From the NCBI GenBank assembly GCA_001600815.1, contig BCKZ01000002.1, positions 310,001 to 374,000 of the forward strand: a stretch of DNA of 64,000 bases, written 5' to 3'. The DNA is from Alloascoidea hylecoeti. Lineage: Eukaryota. Made by a program: the position numbers and the translations under genes. This document shows positions 48,427 to 60,352 of the stretch, piece after piece. The notes under the pieces were generated by a model. The model did not search any database and had not been told where the DNA came from. It saw only the letters and a program-made list of their open reading frames with translations. The number at the start of each line of letters is the position of its first letter. Position 1 is the first letter of the stretch.

Positions 48427-49315
48427 TTACATAACGGCATTGTCACCAAAGGTGTCTTTGTATCCAGGAACTTCCCATCTACCTTTCTTAACCATTTCGG
48501 TAACCTTGTCATCAATGTCTGGACGAGCAGCGACAACATCAGAGATGGTAAGTTGATCAAATGGTCTGGCAGTTTCAATGTTAGCCAATGTCTTCTCTAA
48601 TTCATCCAATTCAGCAAGGACTTTTGATTCAGTTTCCTTTGCGTTTTCAACCGCTAAAGCTTCGTATGATTCAATGGCTGCAATTTGCTTGGAAACATCA
48701 TAAGTAACAGGTTTGAAGTTGCTGAAAGCCTTTTCAACCTCGGCGATAATACTCTGGTTCTTTAAAACTGATTTGTAATGAGAAAAATCAACGGTGCTTG
48801 GATGGTTTTTTGCTTCGGTTACCTTACGACGAGCATCATCATTTCTCTTCTTGAAAGCAATGAGGGAAGCGGCAGTAGCACCGGTGAGTCCAAGAGATGA
48901 GGTGACCTTGGTCCAATCTAATTTAAGGGCAGCAGGACGCTAAGAAAATTGTTAGATGATGTTATATAGACTAATGGGTACAGTGAAAAGAAGGTCTGAA
49001 TAACTTCTTCAAATTGACCTCGAAAGATTTGTTGACATATTTTCCAAAATGATATTCTGTCACTAAGCTTCCTATTATACTGATAACACAGCCAATTTTT
49101 GATTATAATCAGTTCGTTCATTAAGGTCACTGGTTATTGAATAGAAGGAGGAAAAGATCATTCTAGCCAATAGGTGGACCTGGAAAACTTAACCAGCGAT
49201 CCGGATTTTATTTCACTTATAATAGCAGTCAAGACGTCGGAGGTCCTTGAAGAAGTTCTCCCGTATACCAATTACCGTCCTAATGATAACAAATAATACT
49301 TACAGCAACAGACAT
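48427..49315 (-). CDS. ATP7: ATP synthase subunit d; exons 49315-49304, 48939-48427
   Basis: [51 protein letters not shown]; 364-nt intron. Confidence 0.93.
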
Positions 49316-49489
49316 TTCGGAATAGTGATGCTATCAAAAGTAATGAAGATGTGGAAATACGGTGAATCGCCAAAACAAAACTACCGGAAAACGGGAGGTT
49401 TATGCACAAATTTGCACTGCACTTATGCACCCTTATAAGCACATTTTTATTGGCCATTTATATTGTTAAAAGGATGTGTAGATATAATT

Positions 49490-52400
49490 TTATACAAATG
49501 ATATATATCTTCGTAACAGACTACTATTTCCGCTCTCTCCGCTCCATTGTAGAATCCTGTCTTTATCAACTCCCATCATAAGCCTAGTGGCTTCTCTCGC
49601 AATGTTAGACTGCTCCTGAAATTTGATTTCTTCTTCAGATAGGTCAGATTTCTCTCTTCCTTTGACAAATAAATCATTATTTTTATTAACCTCTGACTCA
49701 AGTCGAGCCAATTCCATATCTAGCTGTGCAAATTCGGCATATCTAGTTACCAAAATACCAGATCCACCTTCGATTTCTTGCATTTTGAAAAACAGTTTCT
49801 TCAGTTTCAATCTCAGTTGATTTGGGGTATAAGGTGATAAGGAGAGAGTTCTTAAAGATTCATAAACACCTCTGTGGACAAGAACTTGTATATCCTGTGA
49901 AGTCTTCATAGAGAAAATTATTCCGTCTATAAGCCAGTCGATTTGCCTATAGTAAATATCATGTGTGTCGGCATTTTCGTCTTTCATAATATGATCATAC
50001 ATGGGGATATCATACTCAAAAAACGTTGGAGCTCTTAACAAATATTTAACAGCCCTCCGATATAATAAATGCCCTGGATTTGTGAGGATAGAAATCATTC
50101 TTCCAAATTGAATTGCACTAATCGATGTCAGTTTTAGAGGTGCTTTTTTATCAGAGTCATTATTGAAAGTTTCCTCTCTTGTAAACATGGACAGAACCTT
50201 CACAATTAGTACCCGTAGTATATCCCTATCTCTGTATTTTGAGCTTTCGATCCCAGACAGAACACCTGATAAAATTCGTCTTGCCATCTCCACAATATTC
50301 AGATCTTGTGAACCTAAACAAGTCATTACAAATTCTAGCGCTTTATTTTCCACCAGGCCTCTGATATCAACAGTGATGGTGTTACTATCATCGTCAATTT
50401 TAAAAAGTTGGGAATTGGCAATAGCCATTAATAGAAACTTTTGATTATAAGAAGCCCCTCTAATATTTTGAGCTGAAATATGTCTGTAGAAACTATCTGC
50501 CTCGTTTATCCAATCAATAGGTTTGGATTTAAATCCATTTTTCAATCCTTCTGGTAAATCATTAATTTCAACATTGAAATATCTCAACGAATTGTCAAGG
50601 GTTCTTTTCCAGAGCATGATGGTAGCAGAACCTTTGTTCTTGTTGATAAATTTAACTGTATCTGCAATTTCATTATTCTCATCCTCAAATACACCTATTT
50701 CAAGTGATTGGATATTATTAAGCCAACTTGTCATGGATACACTTTCAATCCTCTCGAGAACGTGGTACAAAATTAGATCTTCTGGGCTATTTGTTCCATT
50801 ACAATAACGAATAAGTTCATCTTGGGCAAATGAGCTTGATACCAATTTTGGGTCAAGATTATATACTCTCAAAATTATTAGAGCAATTGAAAATCTAAGT
50901 TCATCATTGAATATTGATCTTGGTTGTAACAGCGGTGTCTTATTATTGTTTAAGAGAATCTGAAAAAGTTTGGAGTAATTCAATACACCTTTCGAAGCAC
51001 ACGTAACTAATGCTTTGGCCAGATTGATAACCACTTTGCTATTAATCCAATCAGAATTCACGAAAGTAACTTCCAGCAAAGAGTTTACATGACTCCACGA
51101 AGCTAAAGAAATGAATTTTCTTCCACATTTCAAAATCACTTCAGTGAAAGAGGATATAATTTCTGAAGCAGTTTCTGTCAGATTGTCATACTCTGAAAGA
51201 CGCTTGGTAATCCAAAGAACAACTTTTTGAAGCCATGGCTTTACAAAATTCTCAAATATGTCAGGGGTTACAATTCCCTTCTCTAATGAAGCAGACAAGA
51301 AATTACAAACCTGGGATGATATACTAGATAAACCAGATATTTGAGTACAATAACGTATACATTTCTGGAATTCTTCTGGAGTCAATAAATAAATAGAGTT
51401 TGTGAATAATAAAAGCAATTCATCACTCTCCACTGCCTCGTTTCTACTAATAAGGGAAAGTGCAATTGATGTTGCCTTATGAATAAAATTGTTCAGTGTG
51501 TCATTAGTTGTTTCAGTTAGTGATCCAGCAATACGAATCATCGCAGTGAGATTTTCTTCAACAATAGAAATGTTGTTAGCTAAGTTATCCACAGCTTTTG
51601 AATATTTAGTAAGAGTTGAGCAAATCAGCCTGCAGCACGATTTCTTGTCAAGGTTATTAAGGCATATTTCGGTTAATTGTTTTATATCATCATCTTCTTG
51701 AAATTGTAATAAACTTGCTTCAAATAATTCATTCGATAATTTGAAAACTCCTTCTGTGGGAAATCGTTTCAAAATTCCCAAAATACTTTTAGGAGCTATA
51801 TTTTGATTTTTTGATAAAAGATCAGTCAGAATGTCAATAGCAAGATCAATTATTGAGAGATTTTTAGGGTCTGCAGTTTCGATAAATTCAGATAAAAGGT
51901 TCTCTATTTCTTCTTGACTAAACAGAAAAAGACTATTCACAATGAAATGTTTTAGTGACCTAACAATTTCCGGTGATTTAAATGTTTTTTTGCATACAGC
52001 CTGAATCTGGTCTGTAAGAAATTCTCGATCTTTAGAAGGTATTTTACTGTTGAGCTCTTCAAGAATAGTTATAAGAAGCAAAGAACATTTGATTTGTTTC
52101 TCATTAGCCTTGGCATCCTTTATTAATAACGGGTTCCAAAAACTGCGTTGACCAACTAACTCGCTATTTCCATTAACAGCGCTAAAGCCAATATTCGTAA
52201 ATAGAGCGGTTAGTGCACTTTCTGATTGTTCATATGACAATTGATCATCATGTATAATTCTTTCTATCCGAGCTTTCGCAGCTACTAACTCGAATGGACT
52301 TAGAATATCAAACCTATGTCTTTTTGTTAAATCTTTAAGGTTATTAAAGAGAATTGCTTCAAACCCAGATCCAATTTCAAGAATATTGATTGGCATTTTA

Positions 52401-54681
52401 ATATCATTTATCCATTTATTAGTTGGAACAAAATAAAAGTCTGGTAATAAATTAACCTTAAAGTTGGCTTCATTACATAGAATTTCAGCGATTTCGTATG
52501 AATCTCCACATATACAAGCGGTTCTAATGAAAAATAATAGCCACTGTTCAACCCTGTCGAATGGAGTATCCTTTGGAACAAATTTCCACTGCTCTATTAA
52601 TGTCACGATCAATGGACTAATAAATTTGGTTTTGTCTTTGACTTTAGTAGTTTGAATCTCTCTGAATTGGTCAATATATTTAAAGGGAGTTCTAACACAA
52701 CGAGCAATAGACTCATCAAGTAGTTTCCAGATTTTGTTATTTTGATCTTCATTTGAAATTTTATTACTGGTGAAAATAGAAAGAGAATGTACTAGAGGAT
52801 TTATCACTGAAACAAGGGATTTTTTGTTGAGTAAGACTGTTGTACTAAATAATTTATTTAATAAATTTAGAATTTCGTTTCTTAATCCCAGGTTTAGATT
52901 AGAAGAATTTAAACTCGAATGAAGTTTCAATAGTGAAGTACCAAGAGAGTACGGGCTATTTCCAGCTTTGTTATACCATTTTGTTCCACTGGTTAACGAT
53001 GACTGAAGTTCCAAAACTAGTTTTAAAGTTACAATATCGCTACCGGAAAACTCTGACTTGTTTGTAACTGAAAGGACGTTTGCAGGGAGTTGGTGTTTAC
53101 CCATGAAAACTGCTCTAGGAAATAATCTGATGTACAATGAAATCAGGGTCAGAATTGTGAAGAGTAACAGTTTATTGCTCTCAGGAATAGAGCTAAGTGA
53201 GGAAAAGAATATTGAAAGATCAGGTAGTCTTTTAAATATTTCTTCACTTAGCTGAAATTTCGCGTGTGTCCATTCTCTATTATTATATAATTCAAAAACT
53301 TTTAAAACTTTTCTTAAAGACAAGATTATCAGTTGAGCTCCAAATTGGCGCACGAGTAATGATTCGCTCTGGATGAATTTTATCATACTACTTTTTGATA
53401 ATAAAGTCGGCAGAATATTCTCTGCAACGTTTGGCAATGGAGGCGCTTCCATGTTTGTTGATTTAAGAACATTTTCTGGAATTGGTAGGCTGATTATTTC
53501 TGAATAGAGCAAGACATGTGAGACCCAGTAAGAAGTCAGTTTTGGGTCAAAAGAAGATGCTGCTTCGTGAATCATGAAAGGAGCTACTAATTCTGGAGCA
53601 GACTCCAAAATATTCAAGCATAGCTTATGCTGTAATTCATCGTTCCAAGGTCGAAGAGATTCCAGAACTGAAAGTAATAAACGGTTATATATTTTAGGCC
53701 CTTTACCATCATTCTGCTTATTTGTTGGTAAATACCAACCATTGTCACGAAATCTAATACTATATCGTGAAGCGACACATAGCTTAATCATAAAATTGTG
53801 AACTGCTTGCGCAACAGTTACATTGTCAGTTATCTTGTCAGATCTTGAATATAATGAAATCAAACGTGCCATGACCCAATCATTAAATATTTTGACTTTT
53901 GTTGACATTAAAAAGTTTGTATCTGATAAAATACATTTATCCAATGCTATTAAAACATCTTGAATTAGTTTGGGACTATCAACATTAAGATGCTTAAATA
54001 ACCCTCTTATAAAGTGTTTCTTTTCCATTACATCTTTCCTTATTATAGAGCTACCATTTATCATAAATGCGCATATAAATCGAATAAATCTACTTCTGGG
54101 TCTTTTTTCATCTTCCTCAAATTGTTTATGATTCTTCTTTAGATCCATTATAATTGTTATTGAGTTTTTTTTATCCATCTCCAAATTAGAAAAAATTAAA
54201 TTTGTGAATTTTCCATCCTGATACTTTGATATGGTCTCAAGCAATTTAGCTACTGCTGAAGTATACCCTCTTCTACCCGAATATAATGTTTTAAAAAGGA
54301 CTTTAGTATGAGATTCAAAAATCGTTCTTATTAAATCGTTTCCATATTGTGTCAAAGGTTGGTATCTAGAACATTTTACTAAGATATTATTTGTCGCATA
54401 TACCACCTCCAAACATGTATTAGAATTATCTATCTATATTACGACAAAAGTGTTAGAGTTTAAAGGTCATATTCATTCCGATATATATTGATTGATCATA
54501 CCTCTAAGGAATAAGACCAAAGTTGTAATAGCCGACTGGGAAACCCTTTTTCAAAGTAATTGATTAAATTCGTTAGATCAGGGTTCTCACCGATTATAGA
54601 CTTCAAAGTCTCTTTTGCCTTATCAAGGGAGCCGGAGTCTATGTTGGTATCTGGTTCGCCTCTCTTTCTTTTTGGTGGCAT
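49490..54681 (-). CDS. URB1: Nucleolar pre-ribosomal-associated protein Urb1/Npa1; exons 54681-54502, 54433-49490
   Basis: About 1700-aa helical protein with Npa1-type motifs (LRPWNDELQ..ILESAPELVAPF; ILTNPGHLLY); next to ATP7/HCS1 as in S. cerevisiae. Confidence 0.85.
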
Positions 54682-54720
54682 TTCTGTTAAAATTGAAGTT
54701 TTAAATATTTCTCAATATAA

Positions 54721-54761
54721 TCTCATCATAGAAAAATTCTTTTTTATGTTGAGGTCACGTG
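54721..54761. promoter_or_regulatory. Ribi-type promoter elements of URB1: PAC core (CTCATC), RRPE-like GAAAAATT, E-box GTCACGTG
   Basis: Clustered 40-80 nt upstream of the URB1 ATG. Confidence 0.45.
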
Positions 54762-55153
54762 TTGTGTAAGAGATAAATCTTAATATTAACTTACTGTACA
54801 TAGATGAGTCTTCTTAATAACCTGTTTAACTGCCAAAATGAAAGATTACGCTTTCTAAAATACATTTAATATTCATATTATACAGAGCATCTATATCATT
54901 AAATAATTTTTTGATGTTGTTGTAATAAAAAAATTCCCAAATTGCTATTTAATGTCAGTAGGTCAGTGCAAAAAGAAGAGATAAAGAGAAAAATAAGAAA
55001 AAAGTGTGTAGCAAGAAGAAAAATCGGTCTTTAATATGAATCTATTGCTCCCAAATTCGTTGAGGAACAAATTTTTTCTGTTTTTTTGTCATTAGTTGTA
55101 ACTAGTTTATGATGATTATAAGCTAGTAATCATATAAAAAAAAAGGAGTTAAG

Positions 55154-55783
55154 TTACTGCCATTGCAATCCATCAGCGGCTCCAGCATTCCCAAACTGAT
55201 CAGGGTATCCATTAATATTATTATTTACGGTAGGTGGATATAATTGTTGTAACATTTGTTGAGGACTAACATGCATTCCTACTGATCCATTAATTGGATC
55301 ATTACCATTGCTTTGTGGTGTTCCAACTTGACTATGATTACTTTGTCGGCTTTGATTATTTTGGGTTCGATTTTGTTGGGCATGAATTTGAGCAAGGATT
55401 TGTTGTGGGTTGATCATACTGGGTTGAATTGATGAAGAATCAGATTGTGGCGGAGTTTGGGTTTGTCCAACGGTTACTTGAGGATCCTGGATAAAATCTG
55501 GGGAATTTACGACACTACTAAAGAAATTTTGAGATTGAGGCCGAGATGGAGGTGCTAGGGGTTTTTTCATTTGTTTTTGTTTTTGCTGCTGCTGTAGTTG
55601 TTGTTGTTGTTGCTGTTGTAGTTGTTGTTGTTGCTGTTGTCTTAAAGCTAGTTGTTGTTTAGCAGCAAATGTAGCCTGATTGTTTATTATAGGGCTCATA
55701 TTTCTTGGATTTTGAATTTGTTGAGGTAGTCCTTGGTGTTGTTGCTGTTGTTGTTGCTGTTGTTGTTGCTGTTGCTGTTGTAG

Positions 55784-55817
<34 letters not shown>

Positions 55818-56716
55818 CTTAACATGGCTGCTTTTTTCTGAAGTACTACCATAGCATCAGGAAATAGCCCTTGCAATCTCCGGTACGGTTCAAAAAGAGC
55901 AGGAATTTCGGGCATCGGTAATAGATATTGAGGAAATGGTATAGCATTTGCAGCTGCTCCTTTTGTGTACCGTTCCTGTAGACCCGCCAAATATAAAAGA
56001 TTGCTATGTATTCGTTTCAAACAGGTAGTATATAAAGATCCTGTTCTTGTATCTCTAGTTTGCTCAGGTTGTAACCTCATTGCAACTCTCAACAATTCAG
56101 TATTAATTTCGAGTAAAACGTATACCCTTATTCCATCAACTTCTTCCTGTTTCATACCCGCCAATGAATTGATTCGTTTCGGGACGGGAAATGGTTGTTG
56201 ACTTTGAGGAACCATTGCAGCTTGTTGTTGACGTAGTTGCATTTGAGTTGCTGGTATTCCCTGTGTTACTGATGGGTCACTTAATTGCTGTTGGATTTGT
56301 CCAGCATCTTGAAAGTTTCCATTATGTTGTGGTATTGGTTGAATATTTTGATTAAACATCGCTTGAGAATCTATTAATAGGAAAAAGTAAAAAATGTTAA
56401 TTATTTAATAAAAAGAGACAATGAACTATGAAAGAAATAATAGCATACTAAAGTTCATGCCCATTTCTCCATTATTCGCATCACCATTTGGAAAACTTTG
56501 CATCGAATCACTTATATTCATATTAATGTCATTTTGGGTTTGTCCTTGAGTGTGTGATAACTGAGATTGTAGTTGTTGCTGTTGCTGTTGCTGTTGCTGT
56601 TGTTGATGCTGTTGAGCCTGTTGGGTTCTTTGTTGCATAGCCCAAATCTGCTGCATTCTCTGTTCATATTGCTGTTGTCGAAGAATATGCTCTGGTGTTA
56701 TTCCGATGTTCGACAT
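55154..56716 (-). CDS. SNF11: Gln-rich protein with SSXT/Snf11-like domain (SWI/SNF subunit candidate); exons 56716-56449, 56370-55154
   Basis: VYVLLEINTELL..CLKRIHSNLLYLA..YRRLQGLF resembles Snf11/SS18 N-terminal helices; poly-Q tracts. Confidence 0.65.
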
Positions 56717-56878
56717 TTTGTCTGATAGAAAGTAAGGCAGAAATGTAAGAAATAACTTTTGGTGGATGGAAACATGAGTGATGGAATGTACGCCTGTCAC
56801 TGCGTATATATCAGCACTCATATATATATTGAATTCACCCAAAGCCCAAATAATCAGAGATTCAAAGATTAACAAAAA

Positions 56879-57394
56879 ATGGCGACTACAAGTACAACAG
56901 AAGCCATTCCTCAATTATTACCATTAGAATTGGTTGATAAATGTGTTGGATCTAATATATGGGTTGTTATGCAGGATGATAAGGGTATGATGATTATTTT
57001 GATATTTGAGCAAGAAGCAGAAGTAGATTTTAATAGAATATTTGATGGTTTAGAATTTAGTGGAACATTGGTTGGATTTGATGATTTTGTCAGTAAGTTT
57101 ATTGAATAATTAATTTTAATAGGATTACTGGCTAACATTTTTAATAGATATGGTGTTAGAGGATGTTACTGAATAGTATGTGTTAAGATACTATATTAAG
57201 TTTTTAAAATCTTCTAAACGCTAACTCAGATATTAAGCAATTCTAATGGAGAACAGAAGAAATTAAAGAAAATGTTATTAAATGGGAGTCATATTGTCAT
57301 GGTAAGTGATTTATTCATAATTCATTTACTTTCTAGAAACTAACAATTGTATGGTATACTACAGCTTGTTCCTGGGGGTGAAGGACCTCAATAA
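56879..57394 (+). CDS. LSM5: Sm-like protein Lsm5; exons 56879-56984, 57054-57092, 57148-57175, 57238-57301, 57365-57394
   Basis: LLPLELVDKCVGS.IWV..EFSGTLVGFDDFVNMVLEDVTEY..LLNG.HIVMLVPGG. Confidence 0.95.
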
Positions 57395-57515
57395 TTTACG
57401 ATAATTATTCATTTCAATTAAATTGTACAATATAAAATCATAATGTATAAGTTGATCATAAAGTGTATATATATGGCTATTAAATTTCCCAAGCCTAAGT
57501 AGCAAGTACTATATA

Positions 57516-58556
57516 CTAAGCGGTTAAACCTGCTAAATCCAATCCACCGCTTTTCCCCCACATTAACATCATGAAAATTGATTTATAAGGCGAAAATAAT
57601 TTTGCAACTTCAATTGTTAAATAAGGATCTAAAGGAGTCCATTTTCGTTTTGAATTTTTAGGTACTTTAACAGTTGATAATTTTTTAATTTTTTTAATTT
57701 TTTCACCATTTGAAATTGCAATTTTCATTGCTTCTTCTTCAATTGATTTTGTAATTGTCAAATTTTGTTTAGCAATTTCTAATATTTCAGGACTTGTTTT
57801 AATATAAAAAGATAAACCTCTAGCAACCCCTAAATCTGTAGGAGTGAAAACATCCAATTTCCCAAGAGAAAAGAGCATAAACATATCACTACTCCATTTC
57901 CCAATTCCTTTTAATTCACATAATTTTTCTTCAATTTCGGGAATTGATGCATTGATGAATAGATCTTTTGTAATTAAACCTTTTGAAAAAGCATCTGCTA
58001 TACCTTTCACATATTCTACTTTACGAGCAGAGAGTCCAGAAGAGCGTAATTGTTGATCTGGAGCAGCTAAGACTTGTTCAAAGGTTGGAGCGGGAATATC
58101 GGATAAAGAAGAATCTATCAATTCTTTAGAATCAATAAAAGATAATCTATATTTTGTTTCGATTGATCTGGCAGCAGAACCACTAACTTGTTGAGCAATT
58201 ATGCCACTTACTAAGCTTGTGAAATGATTGTGTAAAGATTGGGCCTCAGGAGTTTTGAGAGAATCACGTAGGAAAGGCGTGAAAGAATAGTTGACGGCGG
58301 TATTGTATAAAGATGGGTCTATGGATAATACTTTTTGAAGGGCAAGAATGAATGAGTCATTATATTTATCGGTGAAGGAGGTTGGTAAGTCTGGTGGTGG
58401 CGATGAAGGCTCTAAATTCTTCGTTGAGACATGGACCGTTGTGGCACTTTTCTTGGTGCTGGTCCTGGACTTTGTGGGTTTCCGCTTCTTCACAACTTTT
58501 TGTGGAGGGGAGATGTGCCTGTTCAAGGCATTTGACATTGATCTTGTGATGCGCAT
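57516..58556 (-). CDS. MAG1: 3-methyladenine DNA glycosylase (HhH-GPD)
   Basis: IIAQQVSGSAARSI, GLSARKVEY, LKGIGKWS.DMF..F.L...DVF...DLGV. Confidence 0.92.
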   Translation of the reverse strand: MRITRSMSNALNRHISPPQKVVKKRKPTKSRTSTKKSATTVHVSTKNLEPSSPPPDLPTSFTDKYNDSFILALQKVLSIDPSLYNTAVNYSFTPFLRDSLKTPEAQSLHNHFTSLVSGIIAQQVSGSAARSIETKYRLSFIDSKELIDSSLSDIPAPTFEQVLAAPDQQLRSSGLSARKVEYVKGIADAFSKGLITKDLFINASIPEIEEKLCELKGIGKWSSDMFMLFSLGKLDVFTPTDLGVARGLSFYIKTSPEILEIAKQNLTITKSIEEEAMKIAISNGEKIKKIKKLSTVKVPKNSKRKWTPLDPYLTIEVAKLFSPYKSIFMMLMWGKSGGLDLAGLTA

Positions 58557-58807
58557 CGATATTGCAAGACTATTGTTTTGAACAGTTGCTGCTTGAATTT
58601 GCAGTTGGAGAATATTGAGACCCGACTGCCTTGACTTGAGCCTGATGACTACCTGAACGACCTGAATTGACGGAGACCCGGGGTTAATATTGGATCTGCT
58701 GCAACTGATCGGCCGGAATTATTATAATCCCATACTATTTATTTGTTTATAACGGACACCATTCCAGTCAAACCTCCCATTTCCTTCTCTCTCTCCAAAC
58801 CGCCGCT

Positions 58808-60352
58808 ATGAGATTGACCCTCAGTGTCTTCGACTCAGACGAGCTCATCCCTCTCGAAATATCCACTTCAATGTCCGTTCGCGACTTCAAGGCCTTCGTA
58901 GCCTGCGAAACGAACATCCCTAACGATGAAATCAAGTTAGAACTGCTAAATGAGGTGGTGGAAGGGGACCATTTGCTGCTCTCTAATTGGGACTTCCAAA
59001 GGGACGACATCATCGTCGTCAAGCGTGAGAAGAAGAAAAAACAACAGCCTGTCTCTGTTCCTGTTCATGATCTTCCTTCTCCGTATAACTACTATAAGGC
59101 TTCCTCCCCTGCTCAAAAACGAGTGAGTCAGCCACCCAGACTGTCTGCTAACGTGAAATACAATAATAATAACCATACACACTCCTATTCATATTCCTCA
59201 GGCTCAGGTTCGGCTTCGGCCAGAGCTTCCCGTTCTGGTTCGGGCGATTCTGGTGGTTCTGGTGTAGCCACTTCCCCCTTGATTGCTTCAAAATCAATAC
59301 CAGCAAAAATATCCGTCCCAAATATCCCTACAACGTCTTTGCAATACCATAAGAGAGCTCAAAGCTCTCGTGGTAGGAGATCAAGTCTAGATCAAGAGGA
59401 GTTCCATAATCAGTTAAAACGCTACTTAAATGGTGATTACTCAACTACAAGATCTTCATCTCCGTCTATGGCCTCAACCTCCAAAGCCTCTCAATCTCTA
59501 GCTCTACATTACTTGGAAGATCCTAATCCAATCCCTGAAAAAGTCGATGACTTTAACACTCCTCCTCCTGAAAATCAACTTGACGCTGAAATCGAAAGAC
59601 TTCGTTTACAATCTCGTCTAGACCCAAATTTACGAGAACAATTATTTGGCGCCTGGCCCGATCTGATGTATTTAACTCATGACCCTATTTTATTTAAACA
59701 AGCAATGGTTGATAATGATAAAAGAAGAGGAAGTGAGAAACAATCAATTCGTGATCAAATTATAAAATTAAATGCAAATCCTTATGATCCTGAAAATTCG
59801 GAAAAATTAATGGAATTTATTAGACAAGATCAAATTGCTGATAATTTAAATCAAAGTTTAAACATTCCAAAAAAAATCGTTGCAACTTATATTCATTTAG
59901 AAATAAATGGAATTATTGTTAAAGCTTCTGTCAGTACTTCGGATTTATTATCTTCAATGTCTCTGCAATGTGTTGAAAAATGTTCAATGCTGCAAATCAT
60001 TGATCCAAAAGTTAAATTGCGTCAATCAATGATTGGTAAAATATGGGCTGCACCTGTTAGAATTAATAATTCTTTTATATCTGTTGCATTCAATATTTTA
60101 GAAGATCAGGAGATTGATGTTAAATTAGGTCTTGATATGTTAAAACGATATAAAGGTGTTTTAGATTTTCATGACAATGCTTTAAAGTTTGGAGATGATA
60201 CACAAATTCCATTTTTAACTGAAGAAGAAATTTTAGAACCTGATACTGTTAATACAAAAAATGTTAAAGCAGATACTGGTATACAATCTTTACAATCAAA
60301 GTTTCAGTCTATCATGGGAATGTTTTCAAAAAAGAAAACAATAGTTGGTTAA
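58808..60352 (+). CDS. DDI1: Ddi1-family protein (UBL + helical domain + retropepsin-like), catalytic Asp lost, no UBA
   Basis: N-terminal UBL, LNANPYDPE..EFIRQ.QI.DN, YIHLEING..VKA, LGLDMLKRY; head-to-head with MAG1. Confidence 0.8.
   Translation: MRLTLSVFDSDELIPLEISTSMSVRDFKAFVACETNIPNDEIKLELLNEVVEGDHLLLSNWDFQRDDIIVVKREKKKKQQPVSVPVHDLPSPYNYYKASSPAQKRVSQPPRLSANVKYNNNNHTHSYSYSSGSGSASARASRSGSGDSGGSGVATSPLIASKSIPAKISVPNIPTTSLQYHKRAQSSRGRRSSLDQEEFHNQLKRYLNGDYSTTRSSSPSMASTSKASQSLALHYLEDPNPIPEKVDDFNTPPPENQLDAEIERLRLQSRLDPNLREQLFGAWPDLMYLTHDPILFKQAMVDNDKRRGSEKQSIRDQIIKLNANPYDPENSEKLMEFIRQDQIADNLNQSLNIPKKIVATYIHLEINGIIVKASVSTSDLLSSMSLQCVEKCSMLQIIDPKVKLRQSMIGKIWAAPVRINNSFISVAFNILEDQEIDVKLGLDMLKRYKGVLDFHDNALKFGDDTQIPFLTEEEILEPDTVNTKNVKADTGIQSLQSKFQSIMGMFSKKKTIVG

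Noticed and set aside
58396..58403. GGTGGCGA (Rpn4-type element known from the yeast MAG1-DDI1 promoter)
   Set aside because: Single copy inside the MAG1 coding sequence; may be coding coincidence
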